DNA of 64,000 bases, taken from assembly GCA_964374105.1 (NCBI GenBank), contig CAYJXI010000002.1, positions 57,730-121,729 on the forward strand, written 5' to 3'. Every line of letters starts with the position of its first letter. Position 1 is the stretch's first letter. The notes beneath the pieces were generated by a model, which saw nothing but the letters and a program-made list of their open reading frames with translations, made no database searches and was not told the origin of the DNA. A program made the translations under genes and the position numbers. The DNA is from an uncultured Planctomycetales bacterium (GTDB lineage Bacteria; Omnitrophota; Gorgyraeia; Zapsychrales; JANLHA01). Below are positions 36,167 through 47,160 of the stretch, piece by piece.

Positions 36167-37189
36167 TTAAATAAGTTCATTGCCAATGGGCCGCCAATCG
36201 GTAAAGACAGGGTCGAATTGACGTCCTTTGAGTATCGCAATAATCTCGGCAACGGATCGGGTGTCTTCAATATCAAATTGGGGATCTTGTTCTTCCGGCG
36301 GCTTTAAGGTATAGCCTCCCACCGAGGTGTTAGATCCAGCAGAAATTCTCGTGACACCTAATTCAAGGGCGTGGTCGCGTAAATGCGCACTTTCGCGGGT
36401 GGAGAGATTAATCCCCACACGGGGGAATTGAATACGTGTAAGACAGATGATTTTGATAAAAGTCACATCATCGACACTGCAGATGGCAAATTCCCTTCCT
36501 TTAATTTTCTTAAGACGAGGAAAAGAAACAGTATATTCCACTCCCGGGAAATTCTTTTCCATATAACGCAGGTGTTGATAAAGGGCATAAAGATCTTCCG
36601 CAACATCGGCTAATCCCAAAAGGATTCCTAGCGAGATTTGTCTTATTCCTGCCGTAGCCGCCCTTGGGGGGGTATTCAATCGGTAATCGTAATCACTCTT
36701 TTTCCCGGAGATATGAACCTCGGCATACCGATTTCGATTATAGGTTTCCTGATATACCGTTATTCCATCCACCCCATGCAAATATAAATTTTTGTATTCT
36801 TCTATTCCCATGGGATGAACTTCTAAGCCGATACTCGTGAAATACTGTTTAGCAACGGCGACAGCTTCTTTGAGATAAGACGTAGGGGTTACCTTGTAGG
36901 ATTCGCCGGTGAGGATCAAAATATTCTCAATCCCGGTTCTTGCCACAAAGTCCATTTCCTTGTGCATGTCTTCGATGGATAACTTGATTCGGTCAATGCG
37001 GTTATGGCTGTGGTAACCGCAGTAGGTACACCAGCTGCTACAATAATTGGAAATATACAAAGGGGCATAAAGAGAGATGGTTCGACCGAAATATTGGCGC
37101 GTGATCTTTGCCGACTCTTGCGCTAAAAATTCGGTTGCTTCTGGTTGAGGATCATTAAGAATGTCTTTGAGGGAGGCAAGGTCTAACAT
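36167..37189 (-). CDS. thiH: Radical SAM 2-iminoacetate synthase ThiH (tyrosine lyase)
   Basis: The CSSWCTYCG motif (CxxxCxxC) is present. It lies in an operon with thiG and thiS. Confidence 0.7.
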   Translation of the reverse strand: MLDLASLKDILNDPQPEATEFLAQESAKITRQYFGRTISLYAPLYISNYCSSWCTYCGYHSHNRIDRIKLSIEDMHKEMDFVARTGIENILILTGESYKVTPTSYLKEAVAVAKQYFTSIGLEVHPMGIEEYKNLYLHGVDGITVYQETYNRNRYAEVHISGKKSDYDYRLNTPPRAATAGIRQISLGILLGLADVAEDLYALYQHLRYMEKNFPGVEYTVSFPRLKKIKGREFAICSVDDVTFIKIICLTRIQFPRVGINLSTRESAHLRDHALELGVTRISAGSNTSVGGYTLKPPEEQDPQFDIEDTRSVAEIIAILKGRQFDPVFTDWRPIGNELI

Positions 37190-37263
37190 ATTTTCATATT
37201 GTCATACCTGTGTAAGCAGGTATCTAGAAGATTAATATTGGAGTGGATTCCCGCTTCGCGCGT

Positions 37264-38079
37264 TTAAGGTTTGTCATAAAGAAATCCCGTTAAGGGAGAA
37301 GAGGCGTTGGCCATATTTTTTTTGCCGGGGATTTTACTTAAATAACCAAGTCGTCCCGCCTTTACCGCTAAAGAAAAGGCCTCCGCCAAAAGGGCGGGAT
37401 GACCTGCGGTGGCAACAGCCGTGTTTGCCAAAACAGCATCAGCCCCCAATTCCATGGCTTCGGCAGCCTGAGAGGGCTTTCCAATTCCTGCATCCACCAC
37501 AATGGGGATATCAATTTCCTGAATGAGGATTTTAATAAATTCCTTAGCCTTGAGGCCTTGGTTACTTCCCATTAAAGATCCCAAGGGCATGACTGTCGCA
37601 GCTCCGGCTTTCACCAATTCGCGGGCTACATAAAGATCGGGATATATATAGGGAAGAACCACAAAACCTTCTTTGGTTAAGAGTTCAGTGGCCTTGATGG
37701 TTTCGTAATTATCCGGAAGAAGATATTTACTGTCATTAATGACTTCTATCTTAATCCAGTTGCCGCAGCCGGATTCACGGGCAAGGCGGGCAATGCGCAG
37801 TGCTTCTTTAGCATTTCTTGCCCCTGAGGTGTTGACCATTAACGTGATGTGAGGTGGGATGTATTCCAAGATATTTTCCTCATGGCGTTCCAAATCGATT
37901 CGCCTTAAGGCCACAGTCACTAATTCTATTCCTGAGGCTTGGATACATTCGGTCAGCTCTGTTTTATTTTTGAATTTTCCTGTCCCCAGGAAGAATCGAT
38001 TGGTGAACATCTTCCCCGCGATCAAAAGAGGTGCATCCTTAATGGTTTCTGATAATTTTAGGTCACTGGAGGTATTCAT
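37264..38079 (-). CDS. thiG: Thiazole synthase ThiG
   Basis: 271 aa. The ThiG family pattern (…VTVALRR…GA..VMP.GS.IGS..G…) is present. Confidence 0.85.
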   Translation of the reverse strand: MNTSSDLKLSETIKDAPLLIAGKMFTNRFFLGTGKFKNKTELTECIQASGIELVTVALRRIDLERHEENILEYIPPHITLMVNTSGARNAKEALRIARLARESGCGNWIKIEVINDSKYLLPDNYETIKATELLTKEGFVVLPYIYPDLYVARELVKAGAATVMPLGSLMGSNQGLKAKEFIKILIQEIDIPIVVDAGIGKPSQAAEAMELGADAVLANTAVATAGHPALLAEAFSLAVKAGRLGYLSKIPGKKNMANASSPLTGFLYDKP

Positions 38080-38156
38080 AATTTCTATTAAGTTTTAATT
38101 GAAATATTTATGTAAATTATTGAATTGTGGGATGTGAATGGTTGAAAGAGTCTGAA

Positions 38157-38360
38157 TTATCCGCCACCCACAAAGTTGATTAGTTCTATCGCATCTCCAT
38201 TGTTTACGGCTGTCTTTGACCATTGGGGCCGTTTGATAATTTGCCCATTAACCTCCGCCATGACACGGACAGTCCCTTTACAAAAAAGATCAACGACATT
38301 TTGCAAGTTGGTGGAAGCGGGAAGATCCCTTTGTTGGCCATTCAATATAATTTTCATCAT
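38157..38360 (-). CDS. thiS: Sulfur carrier protein ThiS
   Basis: 67 aa with a ubiquitin-like fold and a C-terminal GG. It lies upstream of thiG. Confidence 0.7.
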   Translation of the reverse strand: MMKIILNGQQRDLPASTNLQNVVDLFCKGTVRVMAEVNGQIIKRPQWSKTAVNNGDAIELINFVGGG

Positions 38361-38556
38361 TTAACCCCAATGTTTAAACAAAAGTATTTTAAAATAGTTT
38401 ACTTGAAAAAGCAAATGATTCAAGATAAGCTATCTCAAGTCGCGAAGAAATTTTAACATTTCATTGCCGAAATTCTCTAATTGGTGTTATTATTTTTTTA
38501 ATCAATAGAATATCTGCTATAGTTAAAAATAAGAAGGGATAATAAGATTTAGAAAA

Positions 38557-39090
38557 ATGGAAGATAAAAAATTAATCAATATCGTCATTATTCTCTTTCT
38601 TGTTGCTTTTGGGGTGCGGTATATAATAAAGAACCTCCATGACCCGACCGTTTATAAAGGCAGTTGGTATACTGTCAAGATCCCAGAAGGTTGGCAAAAA
38701 CGCCAAGAGAAAGATGAAGTATTATTTATAAGCCCTGAGGTAGATGTGCTAACCGATACCCCCTATGCCATCTTCTCCATTTATACCAAGGCAGCGCAAG
38801 GCGCTTTATTCATTGAAGATTATATGCAACAAGTTTTTGAAATGCTATCCCAGGCTAACGGTCAAATTGTGGATAAGGGAGAGATTAAGGTCGATGAAGA
38901 AATCGCTCAATGGGTTTTATTCCATCAGCATGAACCAGCCCTCGTTTATTTAACCTTTTATGTCGTTGATGATTATAATAGGTTGACGCGGATCCAATTT
39001 GTTTCGACTCCCAATAAATTTCAGAAATATCGAGAAGAGTTTGAAAAATTTAAAGGAAGTCTTAAGTTCAAAAGATTATTTAAGGTTTAA
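38557..39090 (+). CDS. Hypothetical membrane-anchored protein
   Basis: It has an N-terminal TM helix and no recognisable motifs. Confidence 0.35.
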   Translation: MEDKKLINIVIILFLVAFGVRYIIKNLHDPTVYKGSWYTVKIPEGWQKRQEKDEVLFISPEVDVLTDTPYAIFSIYTKAAQGALFIEDYMQQVFEMLSQANGQIVDKGEIKVDEEIAQWVLFHQHEPALVYLTFYVVDDYNRLTRIQFVSTPNKFQKYREEFEKFKGSLKFKRLFKV

Positions 39091-39518
39091 CCCTTTCCTA
39101 AAAGGAATTTTGCATGAATTGGGAACCGTTATTCTTTTTTATAACCCGTGGTATCATTACTATTCGAGAAAAGACTTTAAATTTTTTTAAAAAATTTATA
39201 TTTCCTTTTGACTTCAATTCATTAACGTGTAATAATTGCACACTAGAAAACTTTTTCTCCTTGTCTGTATTTTATTTGGACATTGATTCTTTGAATTTAT
39301 TCGGTTATTAAATAAATTTTCCGATACCAAATGAAACCCAATGGCGAGATATTTATGGCCGATTTATCAAGAATGAAAGGCTCAAGAAGGGGGTTGGAGA
39401 ATCCGTATTAATATTTTTTATATTTGTAGTATAAAAAATTTAATTTTATTAGATAATAATAGTTAGAAAGGTTAGAAGAGTCTCCATAACCTTTTAACAA
39501 GGAGAACAAAGATAAAAG

Positions 39519-40028
39519 ATGAACGAACCTCATGAACGTCTGAATAAAACAAGTAGTAAAACTTCGACAGCTTTTGGTTATCAATTATTACTTGATCTTT
39601 ATGATTGCCAAGAAGGAGTCTGTGATGATTTAGGCCGGTGTTATCAGTTTCTGGATGAAGCGGTGACGACCTTAGGGATGGAAAAACAAGCCCCGCCCAA
39701 TATCTTTCGTAGTGATGAAAGACTTTTCCCCGACAAGGCGGGCCTTTCGGGATGGGTCCCTTTGATTGAAAGTTCCATTGTCATTCATACGTTGTCAGTT
39801 AAGAATTTTATTTCCATTGATGTTTACTGCTGTAAATGTTTTGATGTCAAGGTCGCTAAAGAACTGTGCCGGAAATTTTTTAGTCCTAAGCGAATGGATG
39901 TCCAATACATCGAACGGGGACAGGATTACTACAAGACCGATTCCAACTATCACAGTTTAGTGGTGAAAAAGGCACAGGCAAAACCGGCAGAGGTTACAAT
40001 CCATAAAAAAGAGCCGCAGTTAGTTTAA
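39519..40028 (+). CDS. speH: S-adenosylmethionine decarboxylase proenzyme, class 1A (SpeH/SpeD)
   Basis: LLLDLYDC...ESSIVIHTLSV...ISIDVYCC parallels the Bacillus SpeH pattern (..ESHLTIHSFPE...ASIDVYTCG), including the processing Ser. Confidence 0.65.
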   Translation: MNEPHERLNKTSSKTSTAFGYQLLLDLYDCQEGVCDDLGRCYQFLDEAVTTLGMEKQAPPNIFRSDERLFPDKAGLSGWVPLIESSIVIHTLSVKNFISIDVYCCKCFDVKVAKELCRKFFSPKRMDVQYIERGQDYYKTDSNYHSLVVKKAQAKPAEVTIHKKEPQLV

Positions 40029-40146
40029 TCCTACTCATCAATTTATCTTTGCTTTATTCTTTGAAGGGGAATGGCCAAAATATTGGAAATTCCCCATTAT
40101 TTTTTAATATCTGCTAAAATAACCCCAACTTGGTTGTGGCGATATT

Positions 40147-40193
40147 TTCCTAACACCCGGTATTTGTGTCAAACAAACACCGGGTGTTAGGAA
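40147..40193 (+). promoter_or_regulatory. 14-bp perfect inverted repeat with a 19-nt loop upstream of leuS
   Basis: The arms are ttcctaacacccgg and ccgggtgttaggaa. The arm shares the aacacccggtgtt core with the operator-like palindrome at 20836. Confidence 0.35.
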
Positions 40194-40261
40194 ATGTACT
40201 TTTAGAAAAAACGATTAAATCAAAATTCTCTCATACATATAAAACTTATTAAAAGCGATAT

Positions 40262-42742
40262 ATGGCTGCCTATACCACTCACGAAATAAAACGTATCGAA
40301 CAAAAGTGGCAGGACATCTGGGCCAAGAAAGAAATTTTTAAAGCCATCTTGGATTTAAAGAAGCCCAAATACTATTGTCTGGAGATGTTTCCTTATCCTT
40401 CGGGGAAGATCCACCTGGGACATGTGCGGAATTACACAATTGCCGATTGTATTGCCCGTTTTAAAATGATGCAAGGCTTTAATGTGCTTCATCCCATGGG
40501 ATATGATGCCTTTGGTCAGCCCGCGGAGAATGCGGCCATCAAACATAAAATTGATCCTGCGCAATGGACGGAACGGTGTATTGAGGACATGCGCGATGGT
40601 TTAAAGAGAATGGGTTTTTCCTACGACTGGAGTCGTCAGATAGCCACCTGCGATAAAGAATATTATCGCTGGAACCAATGGATCTTTTTAAAAATGTTTG
40701 AGAAAGGCCTAGCCTATCGTAAAGCCTCATCGGTCAATTGGTGCCCCAGCTGTGAGACAACCTTGGCCAATGAAGAGGTCATTCAAGGCGAATGCTGGCG
40801 CTGCAAGATACAAGTGATTCAGAAAGATTTAGAACAATGGTATTTAAAAATCACCCATTATTCGGAAAGCTTATTAGCGGATTTAAAGACATTGAACCAT
40901 TGGCCGCAGCGAGTCCTCACCATGCAGGAAAACTGGATTGGGAAAAGTTTTGGGGTAGAGATTTATTTTAAGATTAAAAAGACCGGTAAGACTCTGTCGG
41001 TTTTTACCACCCGTCCAGATACGATTTTTGGCGCCACTTACGTCGTCTTGGCCCCAGAGCATCCTTTAGTGAAAGAACTCATTCCCGGGACTTCTTTTGA
41101 AAACCCCATCCAGAAATTTGTAGAGAAGACCAGCCGCATGAGTAAAAGTTTAAGGATGTCAGCGGATCTTAGAAAGGAAGGGATTTTCACCGGTCAATAT
41201 GCGATCAATCCCGTTAATGGCGAGGAAATCCCTATTTGGGTAGCGGATTATGTGCTGATGGAATACGGAACAGGGGCCATCATGGCTGTTCCTACTCATG
41301 ATCAAAGGGATTTTCTATTTGCCAAAGAATATAAACTTTCCATGCGGATTGTCATTCAAAATCCAAAAGAACCAAATCTGACCGAAAAAGATTTAGTGCA
41401 AGCCTATGAGGAGGCCGGCATCCTTATCAATTCCAAGCAATTTAACGGTCTTGACAATGAAGCAGCCAAGAAAAAAATTGCCGAATGGATGCAAAATAAT
41501 TCTATAGGGAAGATCAATGTTTACTGGCGCTTGAGGGATTGGCTGATTTCCCGTCAGAGATATTGGGGGACACCAATTCCGATCATTTATTGCGAAACCT
41601 GTGGTCTTGTCCCGGTTCCCGAATCTCAATTGCCGGTTGAATTGCCCAAAAAAATCAAGATTACCGGAGTCGGGGGAAGTCCTTTAGCCCAATGCCGTGA
41701 GTTTGTCGAGGCCCAATGTCCTCGGTGTTGGAAAAAGGCCCGGAGGGAAACCGACACCATGGCGACCTTTTTTGATTCCTCGTGGTATTTTCTTCGTTTT
41801 TGTTCACCCCATAATGATCGAGAAGTGTTTGATCAAACCGAGGTCCGATATTGGATGCCGGTGGATCAATATATCGGCGGAATTGAACATGCTATCCTGC
41901 ATTTATTGTACTCCCGGTTTTTTACCAAGTTTTTCAAAGATTTAGGATGGATTGATTTTACGGAGCCTTTCCGTTGCCTCTTGACGCAGGGGATGGTCTT
42001 AAAAGGCGGGGAGGTCATGTCCAAATCCAAGGGCAACACGGTTGATCCCGATTGTGTCATTGACAAATACGGGGCAGATACCTTAAGGCTTTTTATTTTG
42101 TTTGCTGCACCACCGGAGGATCAATTGGAATGGAATGACAATGCTATGGATGGCTCCTGGAGATTTTTAAGCCGCGTTTTTAATCTGGTGCAGAATCGTT
42201 ATAAAACCCTTTCGTTGCCAGGTGATCCCCATACCTTGGATGAGGAAGACGAGGATTTAGAAAGGGAACGGCATGCAACGATCAAAAAAGTGACCGAGGA
42301 CATCACCAATGGTTTTAAGTTCAACACCGCGATCAGCCAGGCTATGATTTTAATGAATTGCATAGAAAAATATGATGCAGGGGGTGATTCCCACAAGCAG
42401 ACCTTGCTCAATAAAACGTTAAAAACAGTGGTTTTGTTATTATCGCCATTTACTCCTCACATCTGTGAAGAACTATGGCACCTGATGGCCGGCAAGGAAG
42501 AGAGTATTATTCAAGTCCCTTGGCCTGAATTTGATGCAAAGGCAATCAGGTTTAAGACGATCACAATCGTCGTTCAAGTGAATGGGAAGCTCCGCGGCAA
42601 ATTCGAATTTCCTCCCGGCGCAACCGAACCCCAACTGCGGGAAACCATCCTCAGGGATGAAAAGATCCGCCAACACCTCAATGACAAACCCATCCAAAAA
42701 TTCATTGTCGTTCCCGATAAGCTCGTGAATATTGTGGTGTAA
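40262..42742 (+). CDS. leuS: Leucyl-tRNA synthetase
   Basis: 826 aa. The HIGH motif ([12 protein letters not shown]) and the KMSKS motif are present. Confidence 0.95.
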   Translation: MAAYTTHEIKRIEQKWQDIWAKKEIFKAILDLKKPKYYCLEMFPYPSGKIHLGHVRNYTIADCIARFKMMQGFNVLHPMGYDAFGQPAENAAIKHKIDPAQWTERCIEDMRDGLKRMGFSYDWSRQIATCDKEYYRWNQWIFLKMFEKGLAYRKASSVNWCPSCETTLANEEVIQGECWRCKIQVIQKDLEQWYLKITHYSESLLADLKTLNHWPQRVLTMQENWIGKSFGVEIYFKIKKTGKTLSVFTTRPDTIFGATYVVLAPEHPLVKELIPGTSFENPIQKFVEKTSRMSKSLRMSADLRKEGIFTGQYAINPVNGEEIPIWVADYVLMEYGTGAIMAVPTHDQRDFLFAKEYKLSMRIVIQNPKEPNLTEKDLVQAYEEAGILINSKQFNGLDNEAAKKKIAEWMQNNSIGKINVYWRLRDWLISRQRYWGTPIPIIYCETCGLVPVPESQLPVELPKKIKITGVGGSPLAQCREFVEAQCPRCWKKARRETDTMATFFDSSWYFLRFCSPHNDREVFDQTEVRYWMPVDQYIGGIEHAILHLLYSRFFTKFFKDLGWIDFTEPFRCLLTQGMVLKGGEVMSKSKGNTVDPDCVIDKYGADTLRLFILFAAPPEDQLEWNDNAMDGSWRFLSRVFNLVQNRYKTLSLPGDPHTLDEEDEDLERERHATIKKVTEDITNGFKFNTAISQAMILMNCIEKYDAGGDSHKQTLLNKTLKTVVLLLSPFTPHICEELWHLMAGKEESIIQVPWPEFDAKAIRFKTITIVVQVNGKLRGKFEFPPGATEPQLRETILRDEKIRQHLNDKPIQKFIVVPDKLVNIVV

Positions 42743-42916
42743 AACCTTTGTGAAGATAATTCCCAGCATGGACGAAGGGATATAAGCCTCCAGGACACAA
42801 TTTTTTAGTTTTAGCTTGTGAATCTTCTTTAATCCCCTTATAGTGAGTGCTATCAGGGCACGTGGTATGAGTGCGTCACCGCAGTGCTTAATTAAACTAT
42901 CTACAAAAGGGAGAAA

Positions 42917-43042
42917 ATGCTAAGAAAAATGATTTTTTTGATTGTGGTTTGCCTGATGATGGTCATGAATGCTGGATGTGCCTTGATCCCAGTAGCCCTC
43001 AGTGCCGGGGCGGCTTATGGGATTTATCGGGCGACGCACTAA
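42917..43042 (+). CDS. Small lipoprotein (41 aa), entericidin-like
   Basis: The translation is MLRKMIFLIVVCLMMVMNAGCALIPVALSAGAAYGIYRATH. It has a lipobox (NAGC) and a good SD. It is absent from the ORF track. Confidence 0.35.
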   Translation: MLRKMIFLIVVCLMMVMNAGCALIPVALSAGAAYGIYRATH

Positions 43043-43246
43043 AGGTGGACGCATAAGAAAAAGGGAAGAAAAAGGGGACAACGCCCTTTTAAGAAAATCG
43101 CTGTTGTCACGGTATCCTCGAAATTTGTCAGTCAAGGTTATCATTGACATGATGACTTAAGCCTGTTAATATTTTTCCATTCCCCCCAAGAATTTTTTTT
43201 CTATTTCCCCTCCCAATACTTATTATTTCCCCTTAAACAATCGTTT

Positions 43247-43594
43247 ATGTTTGATTTAACCAAACAAGAGCGGATTGTGCTTATTTCTTTGGGTTTGATC
43301 ATCTTGCTGGGGTCTTTGTTTAAGTATTTTATCAAGAGATATCCTTTTTTAGAGGAGTCTGTCCATTATCTAGAGAAAAACCGTTATTTTAAAAAAATTG
43401 ATCTCAATACTGCCACGATCGAGCAATTGAAACAAATCCCCTATATCGGCGACAAAAGGGCCGAGTGGATTGTGGAATTCCGCACTCAACAAGGGAATTT
43501 TAAAACCGCGGAGCAATTGAAAGAGGTCAAAGGTATCGGGGATACCACGTATGAGCAGATCCTTCCCTTTGTTAAAATCAAATTAAAAGATTAA
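43247..43594 (+). CDS. comEA: ComEA-like DNA-binding competence protein (helix-hairpin-helix)
   Basis: It has an N-terminal TM helix. The HhH motifs are IDLNTATIEQLKQIPYIGDKRAEWIV and LKEVKGIGDTTYEQI. Confidence 0.8.
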   Translation: MFDLTKQERIVLISLGLIILLGSLFKYFIKRYPFLEESVHYLEKNRYFKKIDLNTATIEQLKQIPYIGDKRAEWIVEFRTQQGNFKTAEQLKEVKGIGDTTYEQILPFVKIKLKD

Positions 43595-43599
43595 ATCTT

Positions 43600-45150
43600 A
43601 TGATCCATATTCGCTCCTTTTTCTGTCTGGTTGTTTCCTTTGGGTGTGGGATTGCCTTGGAAAATTTCTATTCCCTTCCTTTAACGCTGTCTTCGGTTAT
43701 TACAACGCTGCTATTCATTTTAAGCATGTCCTTTGTGAATCAAAGGGTTGTTTCCCTGCTTCTTCTTTTGATCGCCTTTTTGGGTCTGGGGATGGGTTAT
43801 ACCCAAGCGTTCACAACCTTTCCCAAAAATCATTTCTATTATTCCCTGGGCGATCATTACCGAAAAATGATCGGGATAGAAGGGGTGATCACATCCGAGG
43901 TGCAAAGAAGAGAATATTTCCGCGGCACAAAGACCACTTTTGAACTTGAGGTCAAAAGAATTCGGGTGCACACAAAATGGCTTAACAAAGAGGGAAGGCT
44001 ATTAGTCAATCTTTACCAAGATTCGGACTTAAGGTACGGAGACTATCTTTCTTTAACCGGCCATCTGCATCGGCCTTATGAATTTTTTGTAAGAAAGAAT
44101 TTTTCCTATCGAGAATATCTGAAAAGAAAAAGGATTCACTTTATTTTAAGTGTGGGAAGAGAGGGAACATCCCAAGTGTTAGATCAACATCGAGCGAATG
44201 GCACAATCGATCTTGCCTACCGATTGCGGGAACATTTAAAGAGTATTTATGCCAAACACCTCACACCTAGGGAGGCCTCTGTCTTGCAGGCCTTAGTGGT
44301 GGGAGACCAGTCCCACATCCCACGCACCCTTAGAGACTTATTCGTCAGAACCGGCACCGCCCATATTCTGGCGGTGAGTGGGTTTAATGTGGGGATTGTA
44401 GCGGCCTTTATATTTCTTTTCTTAAGATTGCTCCCTGTGCCTTTACAAATTCAATACGTGCTGACCATTTTATTGATCATTGGTTATGCGATCTTGACCG
44501 GTCTTCAACCCTCGATTGTAAGGGCCGCCATCATGGCCGTCATTTTTTTCTTAGGTTTATTGATTGAGAAGGAGGTTGACGGCCTCCATACCTTATCCTT
44601 GGCCGCGTTTCTTTTACTTCTTTATAATCCGATGTATCTATTCGATATCGGTTTTCAGCTTTCCTTTATGAGTGTCTTGGCCTTGATTGTCTTGTATCCT
44701 GCCCTTTATCATCCTTTGACTTTGCTTCCCATCCCTTTCGATAAGCACCCGGTTCGCTATCTTATCCATTCTCTTTTAGTTTCTCTGGCGGCGTGGCTGG
44801 GGGTGGCGGCCTTGATCGCCTTTTATTTTGAGATTGTGACCCCCGTTACGATCCTGGCGAATCTCTTGATTCTCCCGTTAACGACGATGATTGTATTTTT
44901 GGGATTGGGTTTGCTTTTGATCGAGACCCTTTTCCCTTTGCTGGCTTATCCCTTTGTTATCTGTATTAAAGTTGTCTTAAATTTGATGGTGGCGATTGTC
45001 TTTGGGTTGGATCAACTCCCGGGGTCGCATTTTTATTTAAGAGAAATTTCTTGGGGCTTTGTCATTCTCTATTATCTTGTCTTAGGGATCATGACAGGCA
45101 TTTTACTTAAGAAGGCAGAGAAGATCCGGACTGCATCTGTTTTGACCTGA
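43600..45150 (+). CDS. comEC: ComEC/Rec2 family DNA internalisation channel (competence domain only, no beta-lactamase domain)
   Basis: 516 aa and polytopic. The DUF4131 and competence domains are recognisable. It lies immediately after comEA. Confidence 0.7.
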   Translation: MIHIRSFFCLVVSFGCGIALENFYSLPLTLSSVITTLLFILSMSFVNQRVVSLLLLLIAFLGLGMGYTQAFTTFPKNHFYYSLGDHYRKMIGIEGVITSEVQRREYFRGTKTTFELEVKRIRVHTKWLNKEGRLLVNLYQDSDLRYGDYLSLTGHLHRPYEFFVRKNFSYREYLKRKRIHFILSVGREGTSQVLDQHRANGTIDLAYRLREHLKSIYAKHLTPREASVLQALVVGDQSHIPRTLRDLFVRTGTAHILAVSGFNVGIVAAFIFLFLRLLPVPLQIQYVLTILLIIGYAILTGLQPSIVRAAIMAVIFFLGLLIEKEVDGLHTLSLAAFLLLLYNPMYLFDIGFQLSFMSVLALIVLYPALYHPLTLLPIPFDKHPVRYLIHSLLVSLAAWLGVAALIAFYFEIVTPVTILANLLILPLTTMIVFLGLGLLLIETLFPLLAYPFVICIKVVLNLMVAIVFGLDQLPGSHFYLREISWGFVILYYLVLGIMTGILLKKAEKIRTASVLT

Positions 45151-45332
45151 AATCCCCATCATGGCAGGCAAAACTGGGGACAGACACACTATTTTTTAAA
45201 ATCCTTTGCCTTGCAAAAAGGGATAGGGTAAAATGGGAGGTAATGGGAAAAAGAAAACAGAAGAAACACCCCAAAGTTAAGTACAATTTGTTTAACAGAT
45301 TTCTAAGCAGTTAAAAACAAAAGGAGTTGCCT

Positions 45333-45485
45333 ATGGATCCAGATTCAAGTAAACAGCTGTTGGACAAATTAGAAGCCATAACCAAAGAATTAAAAAGAAT
45401 GGCCGATGCCTTGTCGGTCTTTAAAGTGGCCACCATTGCTTTCATTATTGCCGCATTAGCCGTTATTATAAAAAATTTTTTGTGA
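45333..45485 (+). CDS. Small membrane protein (50 aa), hypothetical
   Basis: MDPDSSKQLLDKLEAITKELKRMADALSVFKVATIAFIIAALAVIIKNFL, preceded by a good SD (aaaggag). Confidence 0.3.
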   Translation: MDPDSSKQLLDKLEAITKELKRMADALSVFKVATIAFIIAALAVIIKNFL

Positions 45486-45811
45486 ATATAAGACTTTCTC
45501 GCCAACATAAGAATAGTCCTGTCATTTCTTTTTATACTGCCGGAAGTCGTCGAACGTTTTTAGATAAAACTTGGCCTTAAGAGAAATTTTAACAGAATTA
45601 ACCAGTTGGATATTTTTGTCACAACTCGATGAAATGAAGAGGGATAACTAGAAACACTCTAAATCAGATCCAATCCTTTGCTTTTGCCATTTTTTCCTTC
45701 TATACTTAATTTAGATATCAGAATAAGCAAGAGATATCCAGGCAAGATGGTTGGACCAATGTCTACCTTCAGAGGAGAGCATTGGGGTTTTGACCAAAGA
45801 GAAGGAAGTTA

Positions 45812-46849
45812 TTGATGGATTCAAAAAAAGAAAAAAATCAGGATGTTAAACCTGCGAATTTTCCTGGGCTTAAGCTCTTGGCTAAATATCAAAACCCCAA
45901 GCGCATCCGCAGTATTTGGCAATTGATCAATACGATGGTGCCGTATGCGTTTTTGTGGTATGTGATGTACTACAGCCTCTCAGTTTCCTATTGGCTCACA
46001 CTTCTTATTGCGGTGCTTGCCGGTGGGCTTTTGGTACGTGTTTTCATTATTTTTCATGACTGCGGCCATGGATCCTTTTTTAAATCCACCAAGGTTAATC
46101 ATTTTTGGGGATTTATAACGGGAGTTTTGACCTTCACCCCTTTTGATACTTGGCGGCATGAACATGCGAGGCATCATGCCGCGGCCGGGAATTTGGATAA
46201 ACGCGGATTCGGGGATGTGTGGACCATGACTGTTAAGGAATATCTTAAGGCCCCTCGCTTAAAACGTTTCTGCTACCGGTTTGTCCGCAATCCGTTTTGT
46301 TTGCTTTTTATTATCCCCAGTTTCTTGTTTTTGATTATTCATCGGATTCCCAAACCTAGCCATGGCCCCCGAGGATCTTGGGAGACTCATCTGACGAATC
46401 TAGCGATTTTGGAGATGGCGATTTTTTTAAGTCTTTTGATCGGGTGGAAGGAATATCTTTTAATCCAACTGCCGGTTGTCATCGTTGCCGGGACGGCCGG
46501 GGTGTGGCTTTTTTACGTCCAGCATCAGTTTGAAGGGGTTTATTGGGAGCGTCATGGTCAGTGGGATTATGTGACTGAGGCCTTGAAAGGGAGTTCATTT
46601 TATAAATTGCCCAAAGTTTTAGACTGGTTTACTGGAAGTATCGGTTTTCATCACATTCATCATCTCTGTCCAAGGATCCCCAATTATTATCTGGCGAAAT
46701 GTTACAGAGAAAATAAAATTTTTCAGAAGATCAAACCCATCACGATCCTTTCAAGCCTGAAATCGCTGACCTTTCGTCTCTGGGATGAACAGAATCAACG
46801 ATTAGTGGGTTTTGGATACCTAAGGAAATTGAAGCAACAAGGCGCCTAA
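45812..46849 (+). CDS. Membrane fatty-acid desaturase
   Basis: The three His boxes are HDCGH, HEHARHH and HHIHHL. Confidence 0.8.
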   Translation: MMDSKKEKNQDVKPANFPGLKLLAKYQNPKRIRSIWQLINTMVPYAFLWYVMYYSLSVSYWLTLLIAVLAGGLLVRVFIIFHDCGHGSFFKSTKVNHFWGFITGVLTFTPFDTWRHEHARHHAAAGNLDKRGFGDVWTMTVKEYLKAPRLKRFCYRFVRNPFCLLFIIPSFLFLIIHRIPKPSHGPRGSWETHLTNLAILEMAIFLSLLIGWKEYLLIQLPVVIVAGTAGVWLFYVQHQFEGVYWERHGQWDYVTEALKGSSFYKLPKVLDWFTGSIGFHHIHHLCPRIPNYYLAKCYRENKIFQKIKPITILSSLKSLTFRLWDEQNQRLVGFGYLRKLKQQGA

Positions 46850-46874
46850 CGGTTTAATCCACCTCCACATCTTG

Positions 46875-46990
46875 AATTCCAAGGGAGTCCCGGTCCCTTT
46901 CGAATCCCATGTCATGCCTGCGAAAGCAGGCATCTGGGTGGTTTTCCTTCTTCGTGGATTCCTCCCGCCCTTGGCGGGACGGGAATGACA
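46875..46990. repeat. REP/MITE-like GC-rich palindromic element
   Basis: It contains gtcatgcctgcgaaagcaggcatc and attcctcccgcccttggcgggacgggaatgac. Confidence 0.5.
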
Positions 46991-47160
46991 AAATCGATTA
47001 TTAACTTTTACCGAACAGATGTAGATATTTAAGTTATTTCCTTCCTTACCTCTCTGTTGAAAGAAATTGAAAAAACAAGTGAACTATGTTAAATTGGTGC
47101 AAGATTTGAGTTTTTACAGAGTTTAGAAATTAGTAACGGCCTGCTTACAGGAAAAAAGGA

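Noticed and set aside
38361-38560. TPP riboswitch upstream of thiS (minus strand)
   Set aside because: The reverse complement lacks the conserved cugaga and the cguagggaa-like elements. It is not supported by visual inspection.
39300-39518. SAM riboswitch upstream of speH
   Set aside because: Only a weak uuaucaagaaug resemblance was seen. The conserved ggagggacuggccc and the downstream pairing elements are absent.
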